From: a virus
Lineage: Duplodnaviria; Caudoviricetes
DNA: 49,425 nt
Reading direction: 5' to 3' (one strand)
IMG/VR virus record: IMGVR_UViG_3300037470_000539
Location: 1-49,425 of that record
The position numbers were made by a program, and so were the translations under genes. Of the stretch, positions 17,786 through 26,474 are shown one piece after another (within the stretch, counting starts at the first letter, position 1; the number at the start of each line of letters is the position of its first letter). The notes beneath the pieces are model-generated. The model ran no database searches. It was given only the letters and a program-made list of their open reading frames with translations, and was not told the origin of the DNA.

Positions 17786-18394
17786 CTAGCACGCACCGTA
17801 CCAAGCGCCCGTCCCCACGTCGGAGACGATCCGGTTGGCGATGATGTGCTGCTGTAGGGGCGTCGCGGCGCTCGGGTAGGGGGCGAAGGCGAGGCCGCCG
17901 TAGGCCGCCCACGTCGAGGGGATGACCTGGTAGGCGCCGTCTTTCGTATTGCCGTGGTCGGGGGTGAAGTCCCCGCCCGACTCCCCGCAGACGATGTACC
18001 AGGGCACCGCCCACCAGCAGCCATCCGCCGGCCCGGCTCGCCCGCCCTTGCACGGCCCCGAGTGGGGCGCGATCTGGCGGTAGAGGCGATAGCGGCCGTA
18101 GGCGCGCCGATCCTTCGCCCACCTGTTCTTCATCGCGGCGCGGTGAGACGGGCTCGCAGCGCAGCCCAGACGCCGTCTCAGCGCCCTCACGACTCTCTTG
18201 GGGGGCTTACCCCTCTGCCATAGGCCCGGCGCCCACGCGCGCCCTGAGAAGGGCTTGAACGCCTGCGCCGTGCAGGTATGCGGCGGCGCCTGCACTCGGA
18301 TAGATTCGTTCGCTGTAGGTGTCTGAGCGGCGGTCGTCTGCCACGTCCCGGTCAAGGCAACGGCAGCGACCGCCGCAAGGGCGATGCGCTTCAA
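17786..18394 (-). CDS. secreted resuscitation-promoting-factor (Rpf)-like transglycosylase
   Basis: Signal peptide 'MKRIALAAVAAVAL'; 'IVCGESGG...GAYQVIPSTWAAYGG...ATPLQQ..IA...GTGAW' Rpf domain; GGAGG RBS before a TTG start. Confidence 0.85.
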   Translation of the reverse strand: MKRIALAAVAAVALTGTWQTTAAQTPTANESIRVQAPPHTCTAQAFKPFSGRAWAPGLWQRGKPPKRVVRALRRRLGCAASPSHRAAMKNRWAKDRRAYGRYRLYRQIAPHSGPCKGGRAGPADGCWWAVPWYIVCGESGGDFTPDHGNTKDGAYQVIPSTWAAYGGLAFAPYPSAATPLQQHIIANRIVSDVGTGAWYGAC

Positions 18395-18531
18395 TGGATT
18401 CCTCCTGTCAGGGGCGCCGCCGGGCGTTAGCGGAAGTGGCGGCGCGATTGGTGCGTCTGGGGCCTCCCCGGCCTTGCTCGCTCTACAGGTTCGCGGCGCA
18501 GCCTAAGCCAACAGCCGGACCCCGCCCGGCC

Positions 18532-18657
18532 TCAGGCTGGGAAATCGCCTTCGGCTTCCCAGTCATACGGGCGCTTCCGGAACATGGCCTCGACCCACAC
18601 CCATGCCCCGAACGCGCAGACGCCGGCCAAGATGACTCTCGCAACGATCTCTTTCAT
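18532..18657 (-). CDS. small membrane protein
   Basis: 'MKEIVARVILAGVCAFGAWVWVEAMF...' single TM; ATGA overlap with the upstream gene. Confidence 0.5.
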   Translation of the reverse strand: MKEIVARVILAGVCAFGAWVWVEAMFRKRPYDWEAEGDFPA

Positions 18658-19043
18658 GCCGCTCTCTTCGCAGCCCTGGGCCGGTCTCCTGTCAGCTCCG
18701 GTGCTCGCCGCCACGCCGCGGCGCGCGTCTGGGCGCGTTCTTGCAAGGTCAGGGCCCGGCCTTCGTAGGCGGCCTGGTAGTAGGGCCGGTTCTCCTCGAG
18801 CAGCACCCGGTCGTCGCGCAGCTCGCGCGCCAGGGTGACGTCGACCACGCCGTCGATCTGCGAAGGCTGGACGCGGTTGATCGCCATCGACCACGCCTCA
18901 TCGAACGGCAGCCGGCGCTCGTTTGCCGCCGACAAGACGGTCAGGACGTTGCGCGACGCGAGGTGCTCGCCGTCGGACACGCGATGCTCCAGCGCGGCGT
19001 AGAGCCGGTCAAACCCATCCGAGGCGGAGAACGAGTCGGTCAA
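18654..19043 (-). CDS. hypothetical protein
   Basis: Coding-like codon bias on minus strand; TATGCT -10-like element at 19055-19060. Confidence 0.6.
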   Translation of the reverse strand: MTDSFSASDGFDRLYAALEHRVSDGEHLASRNVLTVLSAANERRLPFDEAWSMAINRVQPSQIDGVVDVTLARELRDDRVLLEENRPYYQAAYEGRALTLQERAQTRAAAWRRAPELTGDRPRAAKRAA

Positions 19044-19097
19044 CTCAGGCGGGGAGCATAGTCGGCGGGGCGGCGGCCGACAAGTACGCTGAGCTTC

Positions 19098-19292
19098 ATG
19101 CCGGAAGAAAAGGGGGAGCAGGCGTGGGTGTGGATCACACGTTCCTGCGCCGTGGTCGGCTTTGCTGTCCTGCTCGCGACAGTAGGCTTCAACGCACCCT
19201 GGGGGGCATACCTATTACTACTAGGCTTGTTCTTCGGACCCGAAGTGCTCCGCGGTCAAATCCAGATCAACCGCCGCCAGCCAGAGGAATGA
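19098..19292 (+). CDS. small two-TM membrane protein (holin-like)
   Basis: Two hydrophobic segments; leaderless after TACGCT; lysis-region synteny. Confidence 0.55.
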   Translation: MPEEKGEQAWVWITRSCAVVGFAVLLATVGFNAPWGAYLLLLGLFFGPEVLRGQIQINRRQPEE

Positions 19293-19423
19293 TGGTCCCG
19301 ACCACATACCGAAGCCGACCCCCATCCCCCCTTGCAGGAACTCGCCTGATCTCGCTCTACTTCCTCGTCTTGGCGGTGCTCGCCGTCCTCGCCACCCTTC
19401 TTCAGAAAGCCATCGGCGCGTGA
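19289..19423 (+). CDS. small membrane protein
   Basis: ATGA overlap; 'LISLYFLVLAVLAVLATLL' TM. Confidence 0.5.
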   Translation: MMVPTTYRSRPPSPLAGTRLISLYFLVLAVLAVLATLLQKAIGA

Positions 19424-19857
19424 GCCCCTGCGCCCCCGCCAAGTCGGCGCTCGGCCGCTGGTGGCAGAGGTACGTCGGGGCCATCGCCTTCGTGATGGTG
19501 CTCATCATCGGCGCGATCGGCTTCTGGCAAAACGACAGTCGGCAGCAGAGCCAGGAGACCGAGCGGAAGGCGCGCGTCAAAGCGCAGGCCGAGATCAACT
19601 TCTACGTCTGCTCCGAGAACAACAAGCAGGACCGGATCCTCGCCTCCCTGCTAGCGATCTCGATCGGCAACGCTTCCGACAAACCCTTGACCAAACGGCA
19701 GTCCTCGGCGCTCGCGGTCTTCGAGGAGGCGCTGCGCCAACTGCGCGCCTTGACCCCCTGCAACGCGCTCGCGGAGGCGTTCCTCGAGGCGTCGAACACC
19801 GACGACTACCGCGCCATCCGCCGCGTGCTGCGCGCTCAGGACAGTTTCCAGCCGTAG
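19420..19857 (+). CDS. membrane-anchored protein of the lysis cassette
   Basis: N-terminal TM followed by a helical domain with Cys residues. Confidence 0.6.
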   Translation: MSPCAPAKSALGRWWQRYVGAIAFVMVLIIGAIGFWQNDSRQQSQETERKARVKAQAEINFYVCSENNKQDRILASLLAISIGNASDKPLTKRQSSALAVFEEALRQLRALTPCNALAEAFLEASNTDDYRAIRRVLRAQDSFQP

Positions 19858-19887
19858 GGGTTGAGGGGCGGGGCTAGACTGAGTCGC

Positions 19888-20730
19888 ATGACTCTTCGCG
19901 GCATTCGTGACGCTCTGACGCAGGTGCTCGAGGCGCTGCGTCGCGACGAGTCCCTCCTCAAGAAGGCGCGCCGGCGCTACAGAGCGAACCGCAGACGGGC
20001 CTACAAGGCGCACAACCAGGCGGAGCGCGCGGAGGACAGAGCCGACCGGATGCGCCGCGAAGGCCATCCTCTCGCCGCGGCGCGCGCCGACAGACACGCC
20101 GGGCGCCGTCACGCCGTCGCCTACAAAAACCACGTCCGAGCGCAGTATTGGCTCGGCAGAATCAAGGCGACCACGCGGCGCATCGACAAGCTCGAGACGC
20201 GCGAAGACCACCTCCGCGCCGAGATCAAGCGCCTCAAGGGCGTGACGATCAAGGGCAACGTCGCCACCGGCGGAACCCCCGGCGAGCGCTGGAAGGCGGT
20301 CTGCATCGCCTCAGTCGTCAACTGCTCATCGGGCAAGCGCCGCAACGCCTACTCGATGCTCGGCTCGTGGGACGTCGACCACCCGATCGTCCCCGGCGAG
20401 CAGCCCGGCCAGCGCTCCGACTGCTCCCAGACCCTCACCGCTTGGGCGAAGGCCGCCGGCCTCCCCGACCCGAACGGGCTGGACTTCACCGGCGGCTACA
20501 CCGGCACGCAGGTTCAGGGCCGCAACGGCTGGAAGCAGGTCTCCGAGACCGCGATGCGCAAGAAGGGCTGGGGCTACGTCGTCTACGGCGGCGGCGCCGG
20601 CCATCACGTCGAGGCCTACATCGGGCCCGGCGATCGCACCGCCGGACACGGCTCGCCGCCCGTCGACTTCGGCCGCGTCAACCTGTTCGGCAACGGCGAC
20701 TACCGCTGCTTCATCTACGACCCCGACTGA
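19888..20730 (+). CDS. endolysin (C-terminal NlpC/P60-like Cys/His peptidase; very basic N-terminal coiled coil)
   Basis: 'RSDCSQ...GYTGT...HHVEAYIG...GHGS'; flanked by membrane genes; leaderless ATG 19888. Confidence 0.7.
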   Translation: MTLRGIRDALTQVLEALRRDESLLKKARRRYRANRRRAYKAHNQAERAEDRADRMRREGHPLAAARADRHAGRRHAVAYKNHVRAQYWLGRIKATTRRIDKLETREDHLRAEIKRLKGVTIKGNVATGGTPGERWKAVCIASVVNCSSGKRRNAYSMLGSWDVDHPIVPGEQPGQRSDCSQTLTAWAKAAGLPDPNGLDFTGGYTGTQVQGRNGWKQVSETAMRKKGWGYVVYGGGAGHHVEAYIGPGDRTAGHGSPPVDFGRVNLFGNGDYRCFIYDPD

Positions 20731-20744
20731 GAGGAACCCCCCGC

Positions 20745-20933
20745 ATGATCTCCCCGAAGGTCTACCTGCCCGTACTGGTCTCGATCGTCGCCGCGATCGC
20801 ACTCGCCGTCATCACCGGCGACAAGACCTACCTGGTGAGCATCCTGATCGGCCTGGTGGCCGGCGGCACCGGTGTAGCCGCCCCGCCGGCGCCCGGAGTC
20901 CGCCAGTCCGATGTGCAGCGGCTCAGCCAGTAG
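20745..20933 (+). CDS. holin-like two-TM protein
   Basis: 'MISPKVYLPVLVSIVAAIALAVI...LVSILIGLVAGG' directly after the endolysin; GAGG RBS. Confidence 0.65.
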   Translation: MISPKVYLPVLVSIVAAIALAVITGDKTYLVSILIGLVAGGTGVAAPPAPGVRQSDVQRLSQ

Positions 20934-20963
20934 TTGACACGCGTCCACTAGTTCTGTTACCTT
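20931..20963 (+). promoter_or_regulatory. operator-promoter copy 1
   Basis: TAGTTGACACGCGTCCACTA imperfect palindrome containing -35 TTGACA (20934); TGnTACCTT -10 (20958). Confidence 0.85.
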
Positions 20964-21001
20964 CGGGGGCGTCCTATCCCACGCTTCCCCGGAGGTAATC
21001 G

Positions 21002-21442
21002 ATGTCCGCCACCGCGTCGCCGCCGCATGATCTCGACGTCGTCAAGGCGCTCAACCACCCGCTGCGCCAACGCATCCTCGCGCACCTAGACCACCCGACC
21101 GCCAGAGTCCAGGCGAGCCCGGTCAGAATGGCGGAGGCGCTCGACGCATCGCTCGGCGACATCAGCTACCACGTCAAGGTGCTGCGGGATCTCGGCGCCG
21201 TCGAGCTCGCGACGACCAGGCCGCGCCGCGGTGCCGTCGAGCACTTCTACCGCCTGACCGGGAAGGTGCGCTGCAACGGCAAGCTCGACTGGCACGACCT
21301 CGGCCGGCTGCCCGAGCCGGTGAGATCAATCATCCGCCATGCGCTCGAGGCGCGCGACGAGCTGCTCTCCGACGGCGAGACCGGCATGTGCGAGCGCGAC
21401 GAGGACGCCTGGCTCACCGACCTCTTGAAGGTGCTGGGCTGA
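21002..21442 (+). CDS. ArsR/SmtB-like winged-HTH regulator (candidate repressor)
   Basis: 'KALNHPLRQRIL...ASP..MAEAL...ISYHVKVLRDLGAVEL..TRPRRGAVEHFYRL'. Confidence 0.85.
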   Translation: MSATASPPHDLDVVKALNHPLRQRILAHLDHPTARVQASPVRMAEALDASLGDISYHVKVLRDLGAVELATTRPRRGAVEHFYRLTGKVRCNGKLDWHDLGRLPEPVRSIIRHALEARDELLSDGETGMCERDEDAWLTDLLKVLG

Positions 21443-22104
21443 TGAGCATGTACGGCACGCTGTTTGGTCAGAACCCTGCGGCTGGCTTGCTCTGCGCGAT
21501 CCTGGGCAAGAGACCCGCCGACTTCGGTCGCTTCCGCGACGCCTTCGTGGCTGAGCGCAACGGCGAGCCAGTCATTGCGGTCTACACCCGCAACGGCGGC
21601 GGCAACCGCTCCTGCTTCTGCGAGGACGATCCGAGATACGGCTACAAGGGATGCCGGCACCGCGTCGAGGAGGAGGAGGTCGACGAAACGGTCGAGCTTC
21701 CAGACGAGGAGGGCAGAGCGAAGGGCTACGCCCCCTGCAACATCTTCGTCGGCTCGAAGCGCATGTTCAAGACAGGCAAGCGGGTGATGCACCCCTACTA
21801 CGTCTGCGAGGCGCCGGGCAGCGACGAATGCGCTTGCCCCGGTTGCACAATCACCTATCGCCTGCCCGAGCTCGAGGGCTATATCCGCGACGAGGACGAC
21901 GACTTTGACTCCACCTACGCGACGATCTACTTCCGCCCGCCCGAGGAGTACCGGGAGGTGTTGGCAGGCGCGATCCGCGAGGGCACCCCGTCTGAGGACT
22001 GGGCGCAGTTCATCGCTGCCCTTGAGGATCCGCCCGACGAGCCGAAGACCGACAACGAGAAGCGCGCCGTCGCCCTGATCGCCAGCTTGAAAGAGGCGAG
22101 CTGA
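21442..22104 (+). CDS. Cys-rich phage hypothetical protein
   Basis: TGATG start; 'VYTRNGGGNR...DDDFDSTYATIYF'. Confidence 0.7.
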   Translation: MSMYGTLFGQNPAAGLLCAILGKRPADFGRFRDAFVAERNGEPVIAVYTRNGGGNRSCFCEDDPRYGYKGCRHRVEEEEVDETVELPDEEGRAKGYAPCNIFVGSKRMFKTGKRVMHPYYVCEAPGSDECACPGCTITYRLPELEGYIRDEDDDFDSTYATIYFRPPEEYREVLAGAIREGTPSEDWAQFIAALEDPPDEPKTDNEKRAVALIASLKEAS

Positions 22105-22421
22105 TGCCCCGCTACTTCACCTGGAACGTCGCCCTCTTCGCCGACCTGGGGCACGCCTCGGTTGGCCGCTACAGAAGCCGGCGCCGGGCGATGCGGAGTT
22201 TCGCCGGCGCCCGGATGGTGCAGGTCGGGGACTACGGGCGGATGCGGCACGCGACCATCGAGGCGCGCTCCTGCGACGAGGTCATCGCCAAGCTGCCGGA
22301 GGTCTTCCCGGCCGGCGTCAACATTCAGTCGATGGACGTCGAGGCGAGGATCGAGCTCGACCCCCTGACCGACGAGCCGACCGGGCGCGATCTCACGGAC
22401 GTGTTGCGGGGGGCGCAATGA
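22104..22421 (+). CDS. hypothetical protein
   Basis: Translationally coupled in operon. Confidence 0.6.
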   Translation: MPRYFTWNVALFADLGHASVGRYRSRRRAMRSFAGARMVQVGDYGRMRHATIEARSCDEVIAKLPEVFPAGVNIQSMDVEARIELDPLTDEPTGRDLTDVLRGAQ

Positions 22422-22732
22422 AACCCCCCCGGATCCCCGAAGACCTGGTCGCTCGCGCTCGTGCCCGCGCCCGCGAGGCCGCCGCCACGATGCGCGAGAA
22501 CGGCGCCGACCCCGGACCTCAGGCAGACGCCGCCGCTAACGCCGCTCTCAGCGCCGCCTGGGGCAAGCTCCGGGGTGACATGGCCGACCGGGCCTCGCAC
22601 CTCATCAGCGCCGCACAAGCCCTCCTAGAGGCCGACGCGCGCGAGCCCGACGATCGCTCCGACAACTACCAGGCGAAGCGCCGCGGCCTCGAGCGGGCGC
22701 TGGCCGACGTCGAGGGGGCCGACGATGCCTGA
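22418..22732 (+). CDS. hypothetical protein
   Basis: Translationally coupled in operon. Confidence 0.6.
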   Translation: MKPPRIPEDLVARARARAREAAATMRENGADPGPQADAAANAALSAAWGKLRGDMADRASHLISAAQALLEADAREPDDRSDNYQAKRRGLERALADVEGADDA

Positions 22733-23000
22733 CGAGCGGCGATGGACATTGACTTTTATTCTCGGCTACGGCTGGAAGGTTTCGGGGCCGAATCTCGACT
22801 CGCAAACGTCCATCGAAGTCATGCCCGTCGGAGTCGTGGAGCCGGGTCGATGGTGGAGGGTGCTCGACCCGAACGGAGAACTTTGGTGCGAGACCAGCAG
22901 CGAGAAGGAAGCGCGCGCCGCCATGCGCCCAGGCGACAAGCTGGAACGGCAGTTTGTCGGCGAGACCCCTACCGAATGGAGGGCGGCCGACGATGACTGA
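22725..23000 (+). CDS. hypothetical protein
   Basis: 8-bp overlap; RBS-like GAGGGG. Confidence 0.55.
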   Translation: MPDERRWTLTFILGYGWKVSGPNLDSQTSIEVMPVGVVEPGRWWRVLDPNGELWCETSSEKEARAAMRPGDKLERQFVGETPTEWRAADDD

Positions 23001-23316
23001 CCAGGCGGTGGTGGAAGCGGCGTCGGTTGCCTTCACGGACACGATCAACCCGCATATCGGCGGGGAGGAGCGATCCGACGAGATCAGCGCGCTTGCCAGC
23101 GAAGGGATGCCCGAAGCCCTCGCCGCCGCCCTCCCTATCGAGCGCAAGCGTTGGGAGGGGGAGGTGCGGGAGCGGACAAAAGCCGAGTTCACCCGACTGG
23201 CCGGGGAGGCCGTCGCCGAGGGCGACGAGCACAGAGAGCAGATGATCGAGGTCGGGGCGCTGATCGTCGCCAACGTCCTCAACGCCGTCTTCGCTGCCGA
23301 GGGCGAGAGCAAGTGA
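22993..23316 (+). CDS. hypothetical protein
   Basis: ATG 22993 after GGAGGG; coupled. Confidence 0.55.
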   Translation: MTDQAVVEAASVAFTDTINPHIGGEERSDEISALASEGMPEALAAALPIERKRWEGEVRERTKAEFTRLAGEAVAEGDEHREQMIEVGALIVANVLNAVFAAEGESK

Positions 23317-23507
23317 TCGTCCCGGCGACAGAGGCGATGCGGCTCTGCGCCCTGAAAATGGAGAGCCTCTCCCCCGACGACGCCGCGCGGCCAGACGTGC
23401 GAACGATCTACGCGGCGGCGGCGCAGATTCATGCAACCTCCCTTATCGGCAGGTCCACCTACCAAGCGGACGACCGGATTGACGTTCCCGACTGGCTTGC
23501 CGGATGA
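23313..23507 (+). CDS. hypothetical protein
   Basis: GTGA overlap at start, ATGA at end. Confidence 0.5.
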   Translation: MIVPATEAMRLCALKMESLSPDDAARPDVRTIYAAAAQIHATSLIGRSTYQADDRIDVPDWLAG

Positions 23508-24046
23508 ACGAGACCGAGCTCGCCGACCTGCGCCTCGCCTTCCGCGTCGCCGGCACCATCGCGCCGCGCACGGGCCGCCTGCTGCCGTGCTGGCTCGCGC
23601 AGTTCGACGAGCGCAGACGGCCGTGCAGCGGGCGCATCGAGGCCTTCCACTTCATCGGGCAGCAGCGGATACGGAACGCGCTGGCGCTGCCGCCGAGAAG
23701 CGTGTGCCCGGCCTGCTGCGGCCGGGGGTGGGTCGAGCCGCCGCAGCAGGCCTTCGATCCCAACGCGACGATCGAGCCCGTCGTCGTCGGCGTTGACTGC
23801 CCGCTGTGTGACAACGGTTTCTACGATCCGGCCGACCTCGTCCTCTTGGCGCAATGGGATCCCCGCAACGCCGGGCCCGGCTGCATCGGACACCACCGCC
23901 GCCTCGATAGCCACGCGACACCGGGGCTGGTCGTGCCGCACTCGGCGCTCCCCGCCCGCGTGGTCGAGTTCTGTCGTGACTGGGGATTAGAGTCAGACTG
24001 TGACCGAAAATACCCAAATGCCGGCGAAGACTTGTCCGGTATGTGA
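23504..24046 (+). CDS. Zn-binding protein, HNH-like fold with inserted CxxCxGxG finger
   Basis: 'C...CSGRIEAFH...CPACCGRG...CPLCDNG...DPRN...CIGHH'. Confidence 0.55.
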   Translation: MNETELADLRLAFRVAGTIAPRTGRLLPCWLAQFDERRRPCSGRIEAFHFIGQQRIRNALALPPRSVCPACCGRGWVEPPQQAFDPNATIEPVVVGVDCPLCDNGFYDPADLVLLAQWDPRNAGPGCIGHHRRLDSHATPGLVVPHSALPARVVEFCRDWGLESDCDRKYPNAGEDLSGM

Positions 24047-24596
24047 GCAGAGATTTCGGATCGCAAGCCGTCAGATGCGCCACCGGCGCCAAATCTATTG
24101 CTCGCGTAGATGCTCAAACCGCCGGCGGCGCCTCGGTCAGCCCTCTTACGACCCTGCCACGGGAGTGCTGTTTTGTTCGGTGGGAGGTTGCGATAGGCCA
24201 GCGCAGGCACGCGCACTCTGTGGGGGACACTACGCCCGTTGGTTGAAGATCGGCCACGTTGACGCCGCCCAGCCCCTTCGCACCCGCTCGCCAAAAGGCA
24301 CCGTGCGAAAGAACAGCGGAGGCTATTTGTATGTGCACGCCGCGGGGCATCCCAACGCTCACAAGGATGGGCAGATCGCAGTTCACCGACTGGTCATGGC
24401 CGAGTTGCTCGGGCGTCCCCTGAAAGATTCCGAATCGGTGCATCACCGCAATGGGGTGCGCACCGACAACCGACCCGAGAACCTGGAACTTCGGGTCCGC
24501 TACCATGGCTCCGGGCAGGCGGTCGAGGACCGCATAGAAGACGCCCTTTGGGTTCTTCGCGAGTACCTACCTTCAGCTTTATCTGCGGCCGCATGA
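24018..24596 (+). CDS. HNH homing endonuclease
   Basis: 'VHRLVMAELLGRPL...VHHRNGVRTDNRPENLEL'; N-terminal Zn fingers; atypical codon usage. Confidence 0.88.
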   Translation: MPAKTCPVCEQRFRIASRQMRHRRQIYCSRRCSNRRRRLGQPSYDPATGVLFCSVGGCDRPAQARALCGGHYARWLKIGHVDAAQPLRTRSPKGTVRKNSGGYLYVHAAGHPNAHKDGQIAVHRLVMAELLGRPLKDSESVHHRNGVRTDNRPENLELRVRYHGSGQAVEDRIEDALWVLREYLPSALSAAA

Positions 24597-24847
24597 GCCC
24601 GGCGACCATCGCCCTCATCATCTGCGCCGCCGCCGCGTGGATCGGGGCCGTGGCGCTGCTTGTCCACCTTCCGCCCCGCCCCGCCCCACCTCTCATCGCC
24701 GGCGAGTGCGCGGAATGCCACGGCCCGATGACCCCTCTCGGCCTCCTCGCCGCCGTCAGAACCGACGCCGGCCCCGTCCACCGGGAATGCTTCTGCGGCC
24801 CGCTGGCGCCCGGAGACGAGCCGCCTGGCTGGCCCGGCCTTAGTTGA
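24593..24847 (+). CDS. small membrane protein with Zn-finger-like C-terminus
   Basis: ATGA overlap; N-terminal TM; CxxC...HxxC. Confidence 0.5.
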   Translation: MSPATIALIICAAAAWIGAVALLVHLPPRPAPPLIAGECAECHGPMTPLGLLAAVRTDAGPVHRECFCGPLAPGDEPPGWPGLS

Positions 24848-24872
24848 CACGCGTCCGCTAATCCGATACGCT
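24841..24872 (+). promoter_or_regulatory. operator-promoter copy 2
   Basis: TAGTTGACACGCGTCCGCTA; TTGACA 24844, 17-bp spacer, TACGCT 24867. Confidence 0.85.
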
Positions 24873-24909
24873 GCCAACGCCTTCTATCCCCGAGTCTGAG
24901 GAGTGCCGC

Positions 24910-25902
24910 ATGACCGAGCCCGTAAGCCTGCCGGTGGAGACCCTGACCGAGGCGCTCCCCGAACTGCGTCGCCCCTTCGCGTCCAGCGCCGTCAAGTGGA
25001 AGATCCAAACCGCGGGCCCGAAGGGCAGACCAGCCGAGTACGCGATCGTCATCGGCTACATCGACGCCCGCCTGGTCAGCGCCCGGCTCAACAAGGTCGT
25101 CGGCGGCAACTGGTCGGAGAAGCCGATCCGCATCGAGGGTCAGGGCAACGCGCTCATGTACGAGCTGACCGTCTTCGATCAGACGCACGTCGACGTCGGC
25201 ATCGGCCAGGGGAACGACTCCGACATGAAGCTGAAGGCGGTCCACTCCGACGCGCTGAAACGGGCGGCCGTGCGCTTCGGCATCGGCGAGTCGCTCTACG
25301 CGGCGCCGCAGATCACCCTCAAAGTCACCGAAGACGGGGCCGAAACCAACGACGGCGTGCCGACGCTCAAGCGGCGCCGCGACGGCAAACCGAGCAACCT
25401 GCGCGAAGCTCACCTCTCCCATCTCCGCAAGTGCTACGAGGACTGGCTGAGGTCCGAGGCCGCAGACGGCTTCGGCACCCCGCTCAGTCACGGCGACGCT
25501 GCTTCGGGGTCGGTCGGCGACCCGGTCGGGTCCGAGGAAGAGGCCGACACCGCCACGGCGCCGGCCGCCCTCGACGACGAGCGGGCGCAGGAACTCGGCA
25601 CGCGGGCGCGGGCGCTGCGCGATGAGATCCGCGCGCTCGACCCCGACGCCCTCCCCGCCCAGTCCTTCGACACGGCGATGGGCCAGCGCGAACACTCGCA
25701 CGAGCGGCTCGAGGACTTCGTCGGCAACCTCGCCGAGCTCAAGGGCAACATCGAGCGCTTCGAGGAGCTGCGCCTCGAGCTGGCCGACAAGATGGACGAG
25801 ACCGAGCTGAAGGCCGCCGTCGACAAGGCGAACCGCCGCGGCTCGCGATCGGAGCGGGTCGAAGTCCTGGAGGAAGCGCTGGAGGAGGTGGCAAACCGAT
25901 GA
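24910..25902 (+). CDS. Rad52/Rad22-family single-strand annealing protein (Sak-like)
   Basis: 'L.RPF....VKWK...YIDARLV..RLN.V.G..W...KAVHSDALKRAAVRFGIG..LY'. Confidence 0.88.
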   Translation: MTEPVSLPVETLTEALPELRRPFASSAVKWKIQTAGPKGRPAEYAIVIGYIDARLVSARLNKVVGGNWSEKPIRIEGQGNALMYELTVFDQTHVDVGIGQGNDSDMKLKAVHSDALKRAAVRFGIGESLYAAPQITLKVTEDGAETNDGVPTLKRRRDGKPSNLREAHLSHLRKCYEDWLRSEAADGFGTPLSHGDAASGSVGDPVGSEEEADTATAPAALDDERAQELGTRARALRDEIRALDPDALPAQSFDTAMGQREHSHERLEDFVGNLAELKGNIERFEELRLELADKMDETELKAAVDKANRRGSRSERVEVLEEALEEVANR

Positions 25903-26297
25903 CCGAGCACATCGAGGGCTACGAGAACCGCCGCCGGCGCCTCGACGAGATGGTCGTCGGCCAGGTCATCGACCCCGACTCCGGGAGGAAGGTCGACTAC
26001 GAAGCCGGCGTGGAGCCTCTCATCTACCTGCCCAGCGGCGAGGCGGTCTCGCCGGACGAGGCCCGCGAACGCGCGGCGCAGATCGTCGCCGCCGCCAACG
26101 CGGCTGAGGTCGGCCCGCGCAAGTTCGAGCCCGGCGATCGCGTCGAGCACGATGAACTCGCGCCGCGCTGGTACGCGACCGTGGTCGGCTTCTCGCCGAC
26201 GATGCGGATCGTCACCGTCCAAGAGGACTGCTTCGGCTTCGACTCCCGCAACGTGCACCTCGACGTCGACAAGATCAGGCACGTCGCGGGGGGCTAG
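25899..26297 (+). CDS. hypothetical protein
   Basis: GGAGG RBS; ATGA overlap. Confidence 0.6.
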   Translation: MTEHIEGYENRRRRLDEMVVGQVIDPDSGRKVDYEAGVEPLIYLPSGEAVSPDEARERAAQIVAAANAAEVGPRKFEPGDRVEHDELAPRWYATVVGFSPTMRIVTVQEDCFGFDSRNVHLDVDKIRHVAGG

Positions 26298-26474
26298 ATG
26301 GCCTACGAGCGCGTCACGATGACCGTCGAGGGCCGGGTCTCTCGGCACGACGATGAGCGCGACAGACGCGACGACGACGCCTGGAAAGCGTTCAAGGGCG
26401 ACGTCGGCATCCTCCAGCGCGCGCATCGCTACCGGCACCTGTTCGACGAACCCGAGGAGGGCGACCGTGGCTGA
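26298..26474 (+). CDS. small hypothetical protein (58 aa; absent from the ORF track)
   Basis: 'MAYERVTMTVEGRVSRHDDE...' fills the gap exactly between its neighbours. Confidence 0.55.
   Translation: MAYERVTMTVEGRVSRHDDERDRRDDDAWKAFKGDVGILQRAHRYRHLFDEPEEGDRG

Noticed and set aside
20936-20940. GACAC in the operators as a host WhiA box
   Set aside because: It is part of the TTGACA -35 itself, and the larger palindrome better explains the conservation; not formally excluded.
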